Assembly (NCBI GenBank): GCA_963824195.1
Contig: CAWGOJ010000004.1
Coordinates: 6,609 to 70,608, forward strand
From: an uncultured Acidimicrobiaceae bacterium
GTDB lineage: Bacteria > Actinomycetota > Acidimicrobiia > Acidimicrobiales > RAAP-2
Length of the DNA stretch: 64,000 nt
Direction of reading: 5' to 3'
In this document: positions 38,448 through 47,913 of the stretch, one piece after another
Position numbering within the stretch: position 1 is the first letter of the stretch
Layout: every line of letters begins with the position of its first letter
Notes under the pieces: model-generated
Told to the model about the DNA's origin: nothing
Seen by the model: only the letters and a program-made list of their open reading frames with translations
Database searches by the model: none
Program-made: the position numbers and the translations under genes

Positions 38448-40028
38448 ATGAGTGAGGACACCGAGCAGCCAGGACCTGAGTCCGCTGCCGGCGCGCCCGA
38501 GGCGACCCCTCCGGCAGAACCCTCCGTCGAGCCACCAGCCACCTCGCCGCCGGCGACCGGGAGCCCCGGCGACGCGAGCCCGGCCGAGGAGCCGGCCTCG
38601 CCACCGATCCCACCCCCGATCGCACCGTCGTCGTACCCACCGCCACCCGCCTGGCCGTCACCGGGGCGTGACGACACCCAGCCGACGCCCCCGATCGCGC
38701 CGGCGGCGGTCCCGTTCTCCTACCCGCCCCCGCCCGACCTGACCCTGACCGGTGCGCCGGAGCCCACGCGCGGCACCTCGGGCGGGGCGTCAGGCCGGTT
38801 CCGCACCTGGCTCCCGGTGGCCATCGTGGCGGCACTCATCGGTGGGGCGGTGGGCGCTGCGGTCACCGCCATCGCCGACCACAACGGCAACAGCGGCACC
38901 TCCGGCGTCACCATCCACGAGAGCAACGCGTCGCCCGGCGCCGCCGTGCTCAGCGGCAACGTCACCATCCCCCAGCTGGTCGACAAAGTCATCAACGCCG
39001 TGGTGTCGATCGACGTCAAGTCCGGGGGGAACGAGGACGAGGGCACGGGCATGATCATCACGTCCAACGGGGAGGTGATCACGAACAACCACGTGATCGA
39101 GCTCTACAGCGAGGGCGGCGGCACCGGTTCCATCACGGTCACCGAGTACGGGCAGACCAAGGCGCTGCCGGCGACGCTCATCGGCTACGACCAGACCAAG
39201 GACGTGGCGCTGCTCAAGATCAACAACGCATCGAACCTGCCCTCGGTGACCTTCGGCGACTCGTCCAAGGCCGTGGTGGGTGACGCCGTGGTGGCGATCG
39301 GCAACGCACTGGGATTGTCGGCCGGCACGCCCACGGTCACCCAGGGAATCGTCTCGGCTCTCGGGCGCTCTGTCACCGCGGGTGGCGTGGGCACGCAGAC
39401 CGAGACGCTGCAGAACCTCATCCAGACCGACGCCGCCATCAACGCCGGCAACTCTGGGGGGCCGCTGATCGACACGGCGGGCCAGGTCATCGCCATGAAC
39501 ACCGCCGTCGCCGGGACCTCCAGCGACGGCACGTCGTCGCAGAACATCGGCTTTGCCATTCCCATCGCCCAAGTGGAGTCCCTGCTGCCCGAGCTCCAGA
39601 AGGGCGGCCAGGCCGGAAGCGGAGGCGGCTACCTTGGTGTCGACATCACCACCCTGACTCCCGCTCTCCGCCAGCAGTACGGCTTCACGCCGACGTCGGG
39701 TGCGGTGATCCTGAGCGTGGTCTCCGGGTCGCCGGCCGCCAAGGCGGGCCTGGTCCAGGGCGACGTCATCGTGAACATCGCCGGCACCACCATCACCTCG
39801 GCCGAGGATCTTCAGAAGGTGATCCAGAACGCCAAGCCGGGACAGTCGGTGAGCATCACGTACTACGTCGGTGACAGCAAGCGGACGACGACGGCGACGC
39901 TGGGGAACCAGCAGGAGGCCCAGCAGCAGCAGTCGCAGTCGGGCAGCACCACGAACCCGTTCGGCGGGGGAGGGTTCCCCGGCTTCGGCAACTCCGGGAG
40001 TAGCGGGAGTACCGGGAGTACCCCCTAG
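38448..40028 (+). CDS. HtrA/DegP-family trypsin-like serine protease with PDZ domain
   Basis: ATG 38448 is preceded by AGGAGGA. Has a Pro-rich cytoplasmic N-terminus and a TM helix (WLPVAIVAALIGGAVGAAV). The catalytic triad contexts are TNNHV, DVALLKI and GNSGGPL. A PDZ domain follows, and the tail is Gly/Phe-rich. Confidence 0.88.
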   Translation: MSEDTEQPGPESAAGAPEATPPAEPSVEPPATSPPATGSPGDASPAEEPASPPIPPPIAPSSYPPPPAWPSPGRDDTQPTPPIAPAAVPFSYPPPPDLTLTGAPEPTRGTSGGASGRFRTWLPVAIVAALIGGAVGAAVTAIADHNGNSGTSGVTIHESNASPGAAVLSGNVTIPQLVDKVINAVVSIDVKSGGNEDEGTGMIITSNGEVITNNHVIELYSEGGGTGSITVTEYGQTKALPATLIGYDQTKDVALLKINNASNLPSVTFGDSSKAVVGDAVVAIGNALGLSAGTPTVTQGIVSALGRSVTAGGVGTQTETLQNLIQTDAAINAGNSGGPLIDTAGQVIAMNTAVAGTSSDGTSSQNIGFAIPIAQVESLLPELQKGGQAGSGGGYLGVDITTLTPALRQQYGFTPTSGAVILSVVSGSPAAKAGLVQGDVIVNIAGTTITSAEDLQKVIQNAKPGQSVSITYYVGDSKRTTTATLGNQQEAQQQQSQSGSTTNPFGGGGFPGFGNSGSSGSTGSTP

Positions 40029-40532
40029 TCAGCCGGTCGTGGCCGGCGGGACGTCGAAGTTCCGGTCTGGATGGGCGGGCGGAACGTTCATCGAACCTCC
40101 GCTCGGCTGCCACCCACTGGCCTCGATGTCCTCGAGCACGTGCGCCATGTTGTAGGTGTCCTCCTCGTAGGAGAACTTCCCGTCGCCGGCGTAGATGAGG
40201 CGCGAGTACCCGGACTGGCGGTACGGCGTTCCGTCCGGCCTCGTGCGCGGCATGATCTGCGTCCACTTGACCACGACGTCGTTCCCCTCAATCGCCGTGA
40301 ACTCAATGGGGAACTTCCAATCCTCCATGCCCACCATGGAGTCGACCAGCCACCGCGCGATGGTCTCGCGACCCTCGAGGCGGCCCCAGGCGCCGTCGAT
40401 GTACACCGCATCCTCTGTGTAGAAGTCGGCCAGGACCCCGAAGGCGTCCGGCTCGAGCCCTTCGTCGATCCGGCGACGCAACTCGTGGTAGCGATCCACG
40501 GTCGCCCGGACCTCCTCACGCGGAAACGCCAT
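40029..40532 (-). CDS. SnoaL/NTF2-like fold protein
   Basis: 167 aa from ATG 40532 (MAFPREEVRATVDRYHELRRR...FYTEDAVYIDGAWGRLEGRETIARW). The upstream extension of the ORF looks off-frame. Confidence 0.68.
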   Translation of the reverse strand: MAFPREEVRATVDRYHELRRRIDEGLEPDAFGVLADFYTEDAVYIDGAWGRLEGRETIARWLVDSMVGMEDWKFPIEFTAIEGNDVVVKWTQIMPRTRPDGTPYRQSGYSRLIYAGDGKFSYEEDTYNMAHVLEDIEASGWQPSGGSMNVPPAHPDRNFDVPPATTG

Positions 40533-40545
40533 GGTCCACCCTCCC

Positions 40546-41097
40546 TCAGCGGCCTGCCGCGTGCTCGCGGTAGGCCTTCCGGCACGATTCCAGCTCGGCC
40601 AGCGCCTTCTCACGATCGCCGAACCCCTGCACCTCGGTCGACTTCTGCGGCTCGAGGTCCTTGTAAATGCTGAAGAAGTGGGCGATCTCGTTGCGCAGGT
40701 GCTCGGGCACGTCCTCGATGTCGACGGCACCGTCCCACTGAGGATCGTGCTCCAGGACGCAGATCAGCTTGGCGTCGACGCCCTTCTCGTCGCGCATGGA
40801 GAACATGCCCAGGATCCTGACCCGGACGACGCAGCCGGGGAAGGTGGGATCGGCAACGAGCACGAGCGCGTCGAGCGGGTCACCGTCGCCCGCAAGCGTG
40901 TCGTCCACGAAGCCGTAGTCCGCCGGATAGGTGGTGGCCGTGAAGAGGCGGCGGTCCAGCCGGATGACGTGCTGCGCGTGGTCGTACTCGTACTTGTTGC
41001 GACTGCCGGTGGGGATCTCGATCACCACATCGATCGCCTCGTCGGGGCGGGTGCCGGGCACCGGCCCACCGTAGTGCTCAGGGGCGGTAGTACGCAT
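40546..41097 (-). CDS. ppa: inorganic diphosphatase (family I)
   Basis: Has VVIEIPTGSRNKYEYD, YPADYGFV, DGDPLDALV, and KLICV...DP. Confidence 0.92.
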   Translation of the reverse strand: MRTTAPEHYGGPVPGTRPDEAIDVVIEIPTGSRNKYEYDHAQHVIRLDRRLFTATTYPADYGFVDDTLAGDGDPLDALVLVADPTFPGCVVRVRILGMFSMRDEKGVDAKLICVLEHDPQWDGAVDIEDVPEHLRNEIAHFFSIYKDLEPQKSTEVQGFGDREKALAELESCRKAYREHAAGR

Positions 41098-41575
41098 TGG
41101 TCGGCGCGTGCCGCGCCGCCAGCGCGTCGGAGACCGTCGGGTTCCCCGCCCGGCCGGCCCTGAGCGCCAGGAGCGTCGCCGCCTTGTTGTTCTCGAACAC
41201 CGCCCGCTCCTCGGCCGCCTGCGGGTTCACCCAGACCGCGGCAATGAGGAGTAGCGACGCCACCTCGCCCTCGGGCACGGTGCCCTCGGCCACGGCCTCC
41301 ATCACCCCCGCGGCGACGCCGGCGTGCGCCGCGCCCCAGGTGAGGGTGGCGTGGCGCTCGCCCTCGATGGCCGCCTTGTTGACAAAGAGGGTGAAGGGAC
41401 GGACTGCGGTGCCGGGCGCCACGGTGGCCACGAAGGCCACATGACCTGCCCGGGGCGTGGCCAACGCCGTCACCCACGCGGTCTCGACGGGACCGCCCGT
41501 CTCACCGAGCACCGTGTTCACATGGGCGGCCTCGGCGCCCTCGCCGACGAACGACTCGCCGAAGTCGGTGCTCAT
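41078..41575 (-). CDS. fae: formaldehyde-activating enzyme (Fae) family protein
   Basis: 165 aa. Its pattern GESFVGEGAEAAHVNTVLG...GPVETAW...PFTLFVNKAAI...TWGAAHAGVAAGVMEAVAEGTVP parallels the Fae family pattern as recalled from memory (GE.LVG.G.E.AH..L.IG....P.TL..NK, then GPAQ.GVA). Its 3' end overlaps ppa by 20 nt. Confidence 0.72.
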   Translation of the reverse strand: MSTDFGESFVGEGAEAAHVNTVLGETGGPVETAWVTALATPRAGHVAFVATVAPGTAVRPFTLFVNKAAIEGERHATLTWGAAHAGVAAGVMEAVAEGTVPEGEVASLLLIAAVWVNPQAAEERAVFENNKAATLLALRAGRAGNPTVSDALAARHAPTNAYYRP

Positions 41576-41579
41576 GTGG

Positions 41580-42554
41580 TCACGGCCAGGTCTCGGGGGG
41601 CACGTCCAGCGCCTCCGTACGCCCGTAGCGGTCCGCCCGCAGGAGGTCGCTGCCCATGGTGCCCGGCTTCGTGTCGTAGGCGAGGAGGCCGACGTGACGC
41701 CAACGGCCGCCGACGATGGGACTGACGCGGTGCAACGAGTGGCGACCCTCGAAGATCAGGAGGGTGCCCGGCGTCATGGGTAGTGTCTCGACCCGCGACC
41801 GGTCGCCCGAGAGCACCGCGGCGACCTGGTCGTAGCGCTCGTCCTCGACGCTGCGGAGGCGCGGCACGACCTCGAAGTCCCCGCCGGCCTCGGCGGGCTG
41901 GATGGCGAGCGAGACGACGAAGTCCGTCTGGTCGAAGTGCCACTGCAGCTGGTCTCCCTCGCCCATCACTGCGAGGTTGAGCGCGCCGAAGGGGTCCGCG
42001 TACCGGAAGATCGGGCCGCGGTCGAGCGCGGCCTCTATCAGGTCCTTGAGCGGGTCCCACTCGTAGAGGCAGCGCAACGGCGAATGGAGCGGCGTGACGT
42101 CGTAGGCGACGGCGCGCACGGCGTAGTCGGCGAAGTGCAGGCGCGGGTGGTCCGGGGGCAGCGCGAAGTCGGGGAACTCGAGGTAGGCCGTGCCCTGGCC
42201 GCCTGAGGCGTGGGCGCGGGGCGCAAGCGCATCGGCGTCACGCACGAGCTCGGCGACGCCGGCGGGGGAGAGGAAGCCGGGTATCTCGGCCGCCCCACGC
42301 GCCAAGAGCTGCCGGCGCCCCTCGGCCACGACGCCGGCATAGGCGTTGGACTGCTGCGTGGTGACCGGATAACGCTCCAGGTCAACGAGCCGGGCGGGGT
42401 CACTACCGGGGACGGGCACCGACAACCGACCGTACCAGCTGCCCGTCCGCGTCAGCCACGATCGGCCGACGCCATCGAAGTGGCCGCGCCGCCCTCCCGA
42501 GGACCGTGCGAACGTGGGTGCGAGCACCCCGTGGACGAAGGGGTCAAAAGGCAA
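41580..42554 (-). CDS. Fe(II)/2-oxoglutarate-dependent oxygenase-like protein
   Basis: 324 aa with an HxD facial-triad candidate (QWHFDQTD), a distal His (GRHSLHRVSP) and Arg, in a double-stranded beta-helix-like context. Confidence 0.58.
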   Translation of the reverse strand: MPFDPFVHGVLAPTFARSSGGRRGHFDGVGRSWLTRTGSWYGRLSVPVPGSDPARLVDLERYPVTTQQSNAYAGVVAEGRRQLLARGAAEIPGFLSPAGVAELVRDADALAPRAHASGGQGTAYLEFPDFALPPDHPRLHFADYAVRAVAYDVTPLHSPLRCLYEWDPLKDLIEAALDRGPIFRYADPFGALNLAVMGEGDQLQWHFDQTDFVVSLAIQPAEAGGDFEVVPRLRSVEDERYDQVAAVLSGDRSRVETLPMTPGTLLIFEGRHSLHRVSPIVGGRWRHVGLLAYDTKPGTMGSDLLRADRYGRTEALDVPPETWP

Positions 42555-43707
42555 TCATCCGATGTGCGAACGTCACGACCCAGAGGACAGCGATCACGGC
42601 AGCGACGAACCTCAAATCCCTTTCGGAATCCAAGAGAAGGACCACGGACAGCACGTAGAGATCCTCGAATCCTCTGAAGTCTGCATGGCTGAGCCAGAGC
42701 GCACGGGACAAGGAGATGCACAGGGCTGCCGCGAAGACCCATGCCCACTTCTCGTGTGCGGGCGCGCGTGAACGCCGCAACACTGTGCCGGCAGACACAG
42801 CGACCTGGGCGAGTCCGGCGAGCTCGGCCCACCAAATGACGGCATGTTCGGATGGAAGGAGACCCACGTACTGCCACATGGCCACAGCTGCGGACTCAAA
42901 TGGCGCGGTGATGTTGTTGGTGGTATCCGTGCGCAACGGAATCGCGCCATAGAGGGACCATCCGACGAACTCCCAACCGACGTAGGCCAGCGCGGGCAAC
43001 AGCCATGCCACATCGGTTTGGCCGGGGCGGTCTCTCCCTCGCACAAAAGCGATCACTCTCGCGAAGGCGAGCCCGCCGACGACCACAAATGCGGTCTCCC
43101 GGCTCAACACGGCCGCTGACAGAGCAACGGCGGCCCACACGGAACGCTGGCGTCGGAGCAAAAGCAGGCCCACGAGGACGAAGAGAACCTCGCAGATCTC
43201 GGTCAGATCCCTCCCCAACGTGAAGAGGAATCCGAAATATCCCGCGACGAGGAGGCCGTATGCGGGGTGTCGGTTGCACTGGTATGCGAGCTACGCACTG
43301 ACACCGGCAAGGACCGCGAGGGCGAGGACGTTGACCAGGACCAGTGACCGCGGGACGAGTCCGTGCCTTCCACCCGCTGCCAGCCACACCAGCAACGAAT
43401 ACGTGATCCGTTGCACGCGATATGCGTTGTCGAACGTGATGCCGTATGCGGTGTGACGGAGGTCGAACGGATCGAGCGCCAAACGGTAATAGAACTGACC
43501 GTCGTATCCGGAACCTGAAGCGATTGTGATTCCAATCGGAGTCTTGCCCGGCTGCGCAAAGGTGGTTCCGACCCCGATGAAGCGGCTGAGGTTGCCATGC
43601 GCGAAGAATTCCAGCCGCCCCAAGGTGAACACGCCAGCTGCGAGACCGGCGAGAACGCCAACGAGCGGGGGCATCAGTCGATCCTGAGCCGATGCCGTGC
43701 GTCGCAT
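42544..43707 (-). pseudogene. polytopic membrane protein interrupted by one in-frame TAG (43291-43293)
   Basis: ORFs 43291-43707 and 42544-43218 are in the same frame. The 72 nt between them read through cleanly as LAYQCNRHPAYGLLVAGYFGFLFTLGRDLT. The joined product is about 387 aa with many TM helices and a YDGQFYYRLALDP loop. Confidence 0.65.
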
Positions 43708-43837
43708 ATAGGTGCTTAGTTAGCGGCGCCGAGATGTGGGACGGCTGATTGCGGGCTGTCAGTCCGCTGGCAAGACGTGACCACTCATCGGGAACCCCAC
43801 ACAGAGAGCGGTTCGATTCGCAAGGGCGTGCACCCGT

Positions 43838-44854
43838 TCATTGCGAGCCTCTCTCGCGCGTCACGGTCCGGGTGGAACCGGCGCTTGTCGCGGCGGCCAA
43901 CGCTCCACCCGTGCTGAGAACGCTCACGAAGAGGGCACGCCGACTTCCCGTTCCGCCGGGACTGCCATCCGTCCAGGCCGAGAACACGAGAAAGTCCCGA
44001 TCTTGGCCCACGAAGACGTCGGGTCCGCCCGGTCCGGCCATGCCGGGCTGCGAGGACAGGACGACGTGCGTGTCCGCTTGGTCGCACGGTCCCAGGGGCG
44101 AGGTGCACGTCGTGAGCCCGATCGCGTAGTGGCTGGTGTCCCAACGGTTGGCACTGAAGAAGAGATCGAGGTGCCCTCCGATGTCAGCGAGCGCGGGACC
44201 CTCGACGATGCCGTCCTCCCACCCCTGGCTGGCCGTCAGGAGCACAGCCGGGCTCCCGATCAGGGAGGAGTCCAGCTGTGAGAGCCGCTGGGCGAAGATC
44301 TCACCTGGTTGGTCTTTTCCCGTGTCGGCCTTCCAAACGAGAAAATCGCCCGCCGCGGTGCGAAAGACCGACGGGTCGATGGCTCCTTGATGATCAGAGC
44401 AGATCAACGGGCTCGGCGACGTGTCGAGGAAGGGCCCCGTCGGGGACGGGGCGACGGCGCGACCGATGCATTCCTCGCCGTTCGTATCGAGAGTGCTGAA
44501 GAAGGCCTCGTAACCGCCGCTGGGAGCCGCGGCGACCGACGGTGCCCAGGTGAAGCCGCTGAGGTCGGCTGCCCAAGAGGGAAGGAAGGCCATGGCATCA
44601 CCGAGGCGCTGCCAATGGACCAAATCGCTCGAGCTCATGACGGGCAAATTCTCTCCGTCGACATTCGTGCTGTAGGCGTAGTAGGTGCCTCCGACGAAGA
44701 GGGTGCTCGGATCCGGGAAGTCTCCGTCGTAGACAACCCGCGGCGTTCCGATGGACAGCCCATCCGATGTCGCGGTTGCGGCGCCGGCACTCTCCGCACC
44801 GCAGAACCCCAGACCGAAGACGATGACAGCGCAGCACAGACCAAGCGTTCTCAT
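43838..44854 (-). CDS. glycoside hydrolase family 43 protein (secreted)
   Basis: A signal peptide follows ATG 44854 (MRTLGLCCAVIVFGLGFCGAESAGA). GH43 blocks are present: FPDPSTLFVGGTYYAYSTN, FTWAPSV, IDPSVFRTAAGDFLVWK, and VEGPAL...LFFSAN. Confidence 0.8.
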   Translation of the reverse strand: MRTLGLCCAVIVFGLGFCGAESAGAATATSDGLSIGTPRVVYDGDFPDPSTLFVGGTYYAYSTNVDGENLPVMSSSDLVHWQRLGDAMAFLPSWAADLSGFTWAPSVAAAPSGGYEAFFSTLDTNGEECIGRAVAPSPTGPFLDTSPSPLICSDHQGAIDPSVFRTAAGDFLVWKADTGKDQPGEIFAQRLSQLDSSLIGSPAVLLTASQGWEDGIVEGPALADIGGHLDLFFSANRWDTSHYAIGLTTCTSPLGPCDQADTHVVLSSQPGMAGPGGPDVFVGQDRDFLVFSAWTDGSPGGTGSRRALFVSVLSTGGALAAATSAGSTRTVTRERGSQ

Positions 44855-44903
44855 TGAGGCGACTTCACACCTCGTGGTGGCGGCCCGCCCGACGCACGCG
44901 GGA

Positions 44904-46922
44904 CTAACCCTGGACGGTGAAGTTTCCGCCGCCGCCTCCGCCGCCGATCCGCGAGAAGAAGCCGCCGGCGCCACCCGGGAAGCCACCACCACCGCTCCCG
45001 CCGCCCAGCAGGCTGCCCACACCGCCGACGGTGTTGGTGTTCGACGACGGCACTGCCTCGGCGTAGTCAGCCAGCACGACGCTCTGACCCGGCGAGAGCC
45101 CCGAGCGGACCTGGGTGTAGACGTCGCCCACCATCCCCACCTTGATCACCTTGCGGGTGAGCTGCCCGTTGGCGAGCACGAGGACGTAGGAGGCGGTGCC
45201 GAGCGACTCCACGGCTGAGGTCGGGACGGCGACGACGTTGGAGACACCTCCGGTGGAGATGGTGACGTTGGCCTCCGATCCCGCGTACAGGGTGTCGGCC
45301 GTCGCAGGCAGCGCAACGACGACGGGGTAGGTGTAGCTGCCGTTGCTGCTCGACTGCACTGGGCCTACCTGCGCCACCGTGCCCTCGAGCGTGCCGTTGA
45401 CCCCGTCCACTTCGACCTTGGCCGACTGGCCAGCCTTGACCGATGGCACCTGCGAGCTGTCGAGCGTTGCCTGGGCCTCGTATGAGTTCGTCCCGACGAT
45501 GCTGATGATCTCGGTGCTCGAATTGGCGCTGACGGTGTCGCCCGTGGTGATGCCGACCGAGACGACCGTTCCGTTGATCGGGCTGGTCAGAGTCGCCGCG
45601 TTCAGTGACTGCTGAGCCTCGGTGAGATTTGCGGTCGCCGTATCGATCGCCGCCTGGTCCGACGCGATCTGCTGAGGGGTATCGGTGTTCGCCGACGCCC
45701 CGCCACTGCCCGTGCCGCCGGCGGGGCTCCCCGTCGAGCCGGTGCCCGTCGATCCGGTGCCCGTACTCGCCGATGCGCCAGTCCCGGTGCTGCCTGTGCC
45801 GGTGTTGCCGGTGTTGCCGGTGTTGCCCGTGATGTCGCTCGTCAGGGCCGCCACGTGGCCGGACTGGGTGGGGGAGGATCCCGAGTTCCCAGTGGCGCCA
45901 GCGCCGCTGGGAGCGCCGGAGCTGCTTCCTCCGGTGCCAGTGCCCCCGCTGCCGGTTCCGCCGGTGCTGCCGCCAGACGACCCTTCTCCGAGCGCCTGTC
46001 CCAACGCCGTCTCGTCCTTGGACACGGCGGTCTCGTCCTTGGACACCTGCTGCTCGTCGGCCGACACTGTCTGAAGGGCGGCCTCGCACGCCGTCTGGCC
46101 GGCGGGGGAGCTCGTGTTGGCGCTGGTGCAGTCCGACTGCGCCTGGGCGAGGTCTGCCGCCTCCACTTGCTGGTCGGTCGACAAGGTGGACTCGTCTTGG
46201 GTCAGCGTCTTTTGGTCCTGGGTCACGGCTGAGTTCGTACCGGTGCCGCCACTGCCACCTGTTCCGCCACTGCCACCTGTTCCGCCACTGCCACCTGTTC
46301 CGCCACTGCCACCTGTTCCGCCACTGCCACCTGTTCCGCCACTGCCACCTGTTCCGCCACTGCCACCTGATCCGCCAGTGCCGCCGGTGCCAGCAGTGCC
46401 GCTCGGGCCGCCGCTGCCGCTGCGGGTGGGCTGGGTCGTGCCCGTGCTCCCGGAACCCGCACTCGTGGAGCCCTTGGATGACGAGGAGGATGAGGAGGAT
46501 GAAGAGGAGGATGAAGAGGAAGAGGACTGGTTGGCCTCGTCCTCGGCCAGCTTCGCCTCGTCGGCGTTCACCGTGGACTGGTCCGAGGAGACCGACTCGC
46601 TCATCGCCGTCGTGTCCAAGGTCGCGAGCGTCTGCCCGGGGGTGACCTGCTGGCCGGGGCTGACGCTGACGGACGTGACCTGGCCGCCGACCCCGAAGGC
46701 GGCCGAGGCGTTGCTGACCGGCTCGATGTTGCCGACGACAATGAGCGTCGTGGCGATGTCGGCCCGGGTCACCGTGACTGTTCGGTACCCGGTGCTGCCG
46801 CCGCTCACTTCGGCCCAGGCGGTCGCAGCCCCGCCGGCCACGAGCACCACCACGAGCCCGCCCACCAGGACGGCCCGCCGGTGACCGGCACGACCCCAGC
46901 CCGAACGACCCAGCTTAGGCAC
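44904..46922 (-). CDS. HlyD/MacA-type periplasmic adaptor (membrane-fusion) protein with very large low-complexity inserts
   Basis: Has a TM anchor (AVLVGGLVVVLVAGGAATAWA) and lipoyl/beta-barrel blocks (VVGNIEPVSNASAAFGVGGQVTSVSVSPGQQVTPGQTLATLD; ATLTSPINGTVVSVGITTGDTV). The coiled-coil region is interrupted by poly-Ser and (GGTGGS)n tracts. The likely start GTG 46922 overlaps the upstream stop; the ORF is open to 47075. Confidence 0.8.
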   Translation of the reverse strand: MPKLGRSGWGRAGHRRAVLVGGLVVVLVAGGAATAWAEVSGGSTGYRTVTVTRADIATTLIVVGNIEPVSNASAAFGVGGQVTSVSVSPGQQVTPGQTLATLDTTAMSESVSSDQSTVNADEAKLAEDEANQSSSSSSSSSSSSSSSSSKGSTSAGSGSTGTTQPTRSGSGGPSGTAGTGGTGGSGGSGGTGGSGGTGGSGGTGGSGGTGGSGGTGGSGGTGGSGGTGTNSAVTQDQKTLTQDESTLSTDQQVEAADLAQAQSDCTSANTSSPAGQTACEAALQTVSADEQQVSKDETAVSKDETALGQALGEGSSGGSTGGTGSGGTGTGGSSSGAPSGAGATGNSGSSPTQSGHVAALTSDITGNTGNTGNTGTGSTGTGASASTGTGSTGTGSTGSPAGGTGSGGASANTDTPQQIASDQAAIDTATANLTEAQQSLNAATLTSPINGTVVSVGITTGDTVSANSSTEIISIVGTNSYEAQATLDSSQVPSVKAGQSAKVEVDGVNGTLEGTVAQVGPVQSSSNGSYTYPVVVALPATADTLYAGSEANVTISTGGVSNVVAVPTSAVESLGTASYVLVLANGQLTRKVIKVGMVGDVYTQVRSGLSPGQSVVLADYAEAVPSSNTNTVGGVGSLLGGGSGGGGFPGGAGGFFSRIGGGGGGGNFTVQG
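46246..46371. repeat. perfect 18-bp tandem repeat, six identical copies plus one variant (CCGCCACTGCCACCTGTT)
   Basis: Read directly from the sequence. It encodes (GGTGGS)n on the minus strand inside the adaptor gene. The unit is a multiple of 3, so copy-number change would stay in frame. Confidence 0.92.
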
Positions 46923-47856
46923 CGCCACCGCCTGGTCCGCCGAAGAAGCCGCCACCACCGCCGGGACCGCCGAAGCCACCGGTGCAGCTTCCCCCGCTGC
47001 TCGGGGTGATGCGCACCGTCGTGGCCGACACCGAGCCGTTGGTCGCAGCCGGCCCGAAGGCACTGACGCAGTCACCGACGGCGAGGTCAGTGGCGGCCGC
47101 CGCCTGCGTGGCGCTGACGGTGGTCGAACCCGACGTCGTGACCGTCAGCGTCTCGATCTTGGGCTGGGTCGGCTTCTTGGTCTTCGAGTTCGAACTCGAC
47201 TTGCTGGGACGCCCGAACGAGCCGCCCGACAGCGAGACCCCCGAGACAGTGAAGGTCGAACCGTTGACTGCCGTCACTTTGCCCGAGGCGACGTCGAGGT
47301 TCGCCAAGGCCTTGCGGAAGTTGTTCGCGCCAGACCCCGAAGGGAAGGACGGACGGGTGCCGTTCGGTGCTTCGCCGCCCCGGAAGGCGAACCCTCCTCC
47401 GCCGGTGCGCCCGGGGAAGCCGCCCGGAGTCGTGCCGGTGGCCCCGGAACCAGCGGCCCGGCCGCCGGTGCAGGTGCCGGTTGAGCTCGGCGTCGTCACG
47501 GTCAGGCTGCGAGCGGCGACCGTCTTCTTTGAGCTCTTCGACGCGGTGCCCGTCGCGGTGACACAGTCGCCAACGGCGACAGAGGCCACCGCCTCGGTCA
47601 CGGTCTTCGAGAACTGCGTCGTCCCGGTCCACGTCACCGTGGTCTGGCCACTGGATTGGTTCTGCACTTCCATGCTCGAGGCATTGAGCGCGGCCACGCT
47701 CCCGCTGGCCCCGGTCGGGGCGTTCGCCGGCGCGGCGGCGGACGCCGGGGCGGCGATGGCCACGACGGCCGCGGCGACCGCGGCGGCCATGGCCCCGGAT
47801 CCCAGGCATCGTGCCCACCGCCCACTGTTGCTGGGTCGACTGGTCGGTGTCTGCAT
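46915..47856 (-). CDS. secreted DUF5666-like protein with two internally duplicated modules and a Gly/Phe-rich tail
   Basis: ATG 47856 is preceded by GAGGA and followed by a signal peptide ([16 protein letters not shown]). The two modules each end in VGDCV...(T/S)G(T/S)CTGG. The tail is [21 protein letters not shown]. The family assignment is from memory of the pattern. Confidence 0.62.
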   Translation of the reverse strand: MQTPTSRPSNSGRWARCLGSGAMAAAVAAAVVAIAAPASAAAPANAPTGASGSVAALNASSMEVQNQSSGQTTVTWTGTTQFSKTVTEAVASVAVGDCVTATGTASKSSKKTVAARSLTVTTPSSTGTCTGGRAAGSGATGTTPGGFPGRTGGGGFAFRGGEAPNGTRPSFPSGSGANNFRKALANLDVASGKVTAVNGSTFTVSGVSLSGGSFGRPSKSSSNSKTKKPTQPKIETLTVTTSGSTTVSATQAAAATDLAVGDCVSAFGPAATNGSVSATTVRITPSSGGSCTGGFGGPGGGGGFFGGPGGGGA

Positions 47857-47913
47857 GTGGATGGTTCCTCTCTTGTTGCTGTGCTTGTGGTGATGGAAGG
47901 GCATTCGTTAGCC

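Noticed and set aside
43806-43825. GGTTCGATTC, resembling a tRNA T-loop.
   Set aside because: The flanking bases cannot form a T-stem, and no acceptor, D or anticodon arms can be drawn. It lies in the GH43 downstream spacer.
46246-46371. Regular 18-bp repeats, considered as a possible CRISPR array.
   Set aside because: The units are contiguous with no spacers, far shorter than CRISPR repeats, and lie in frame inside a coding sequence, where they encode (GGTGGS)n.
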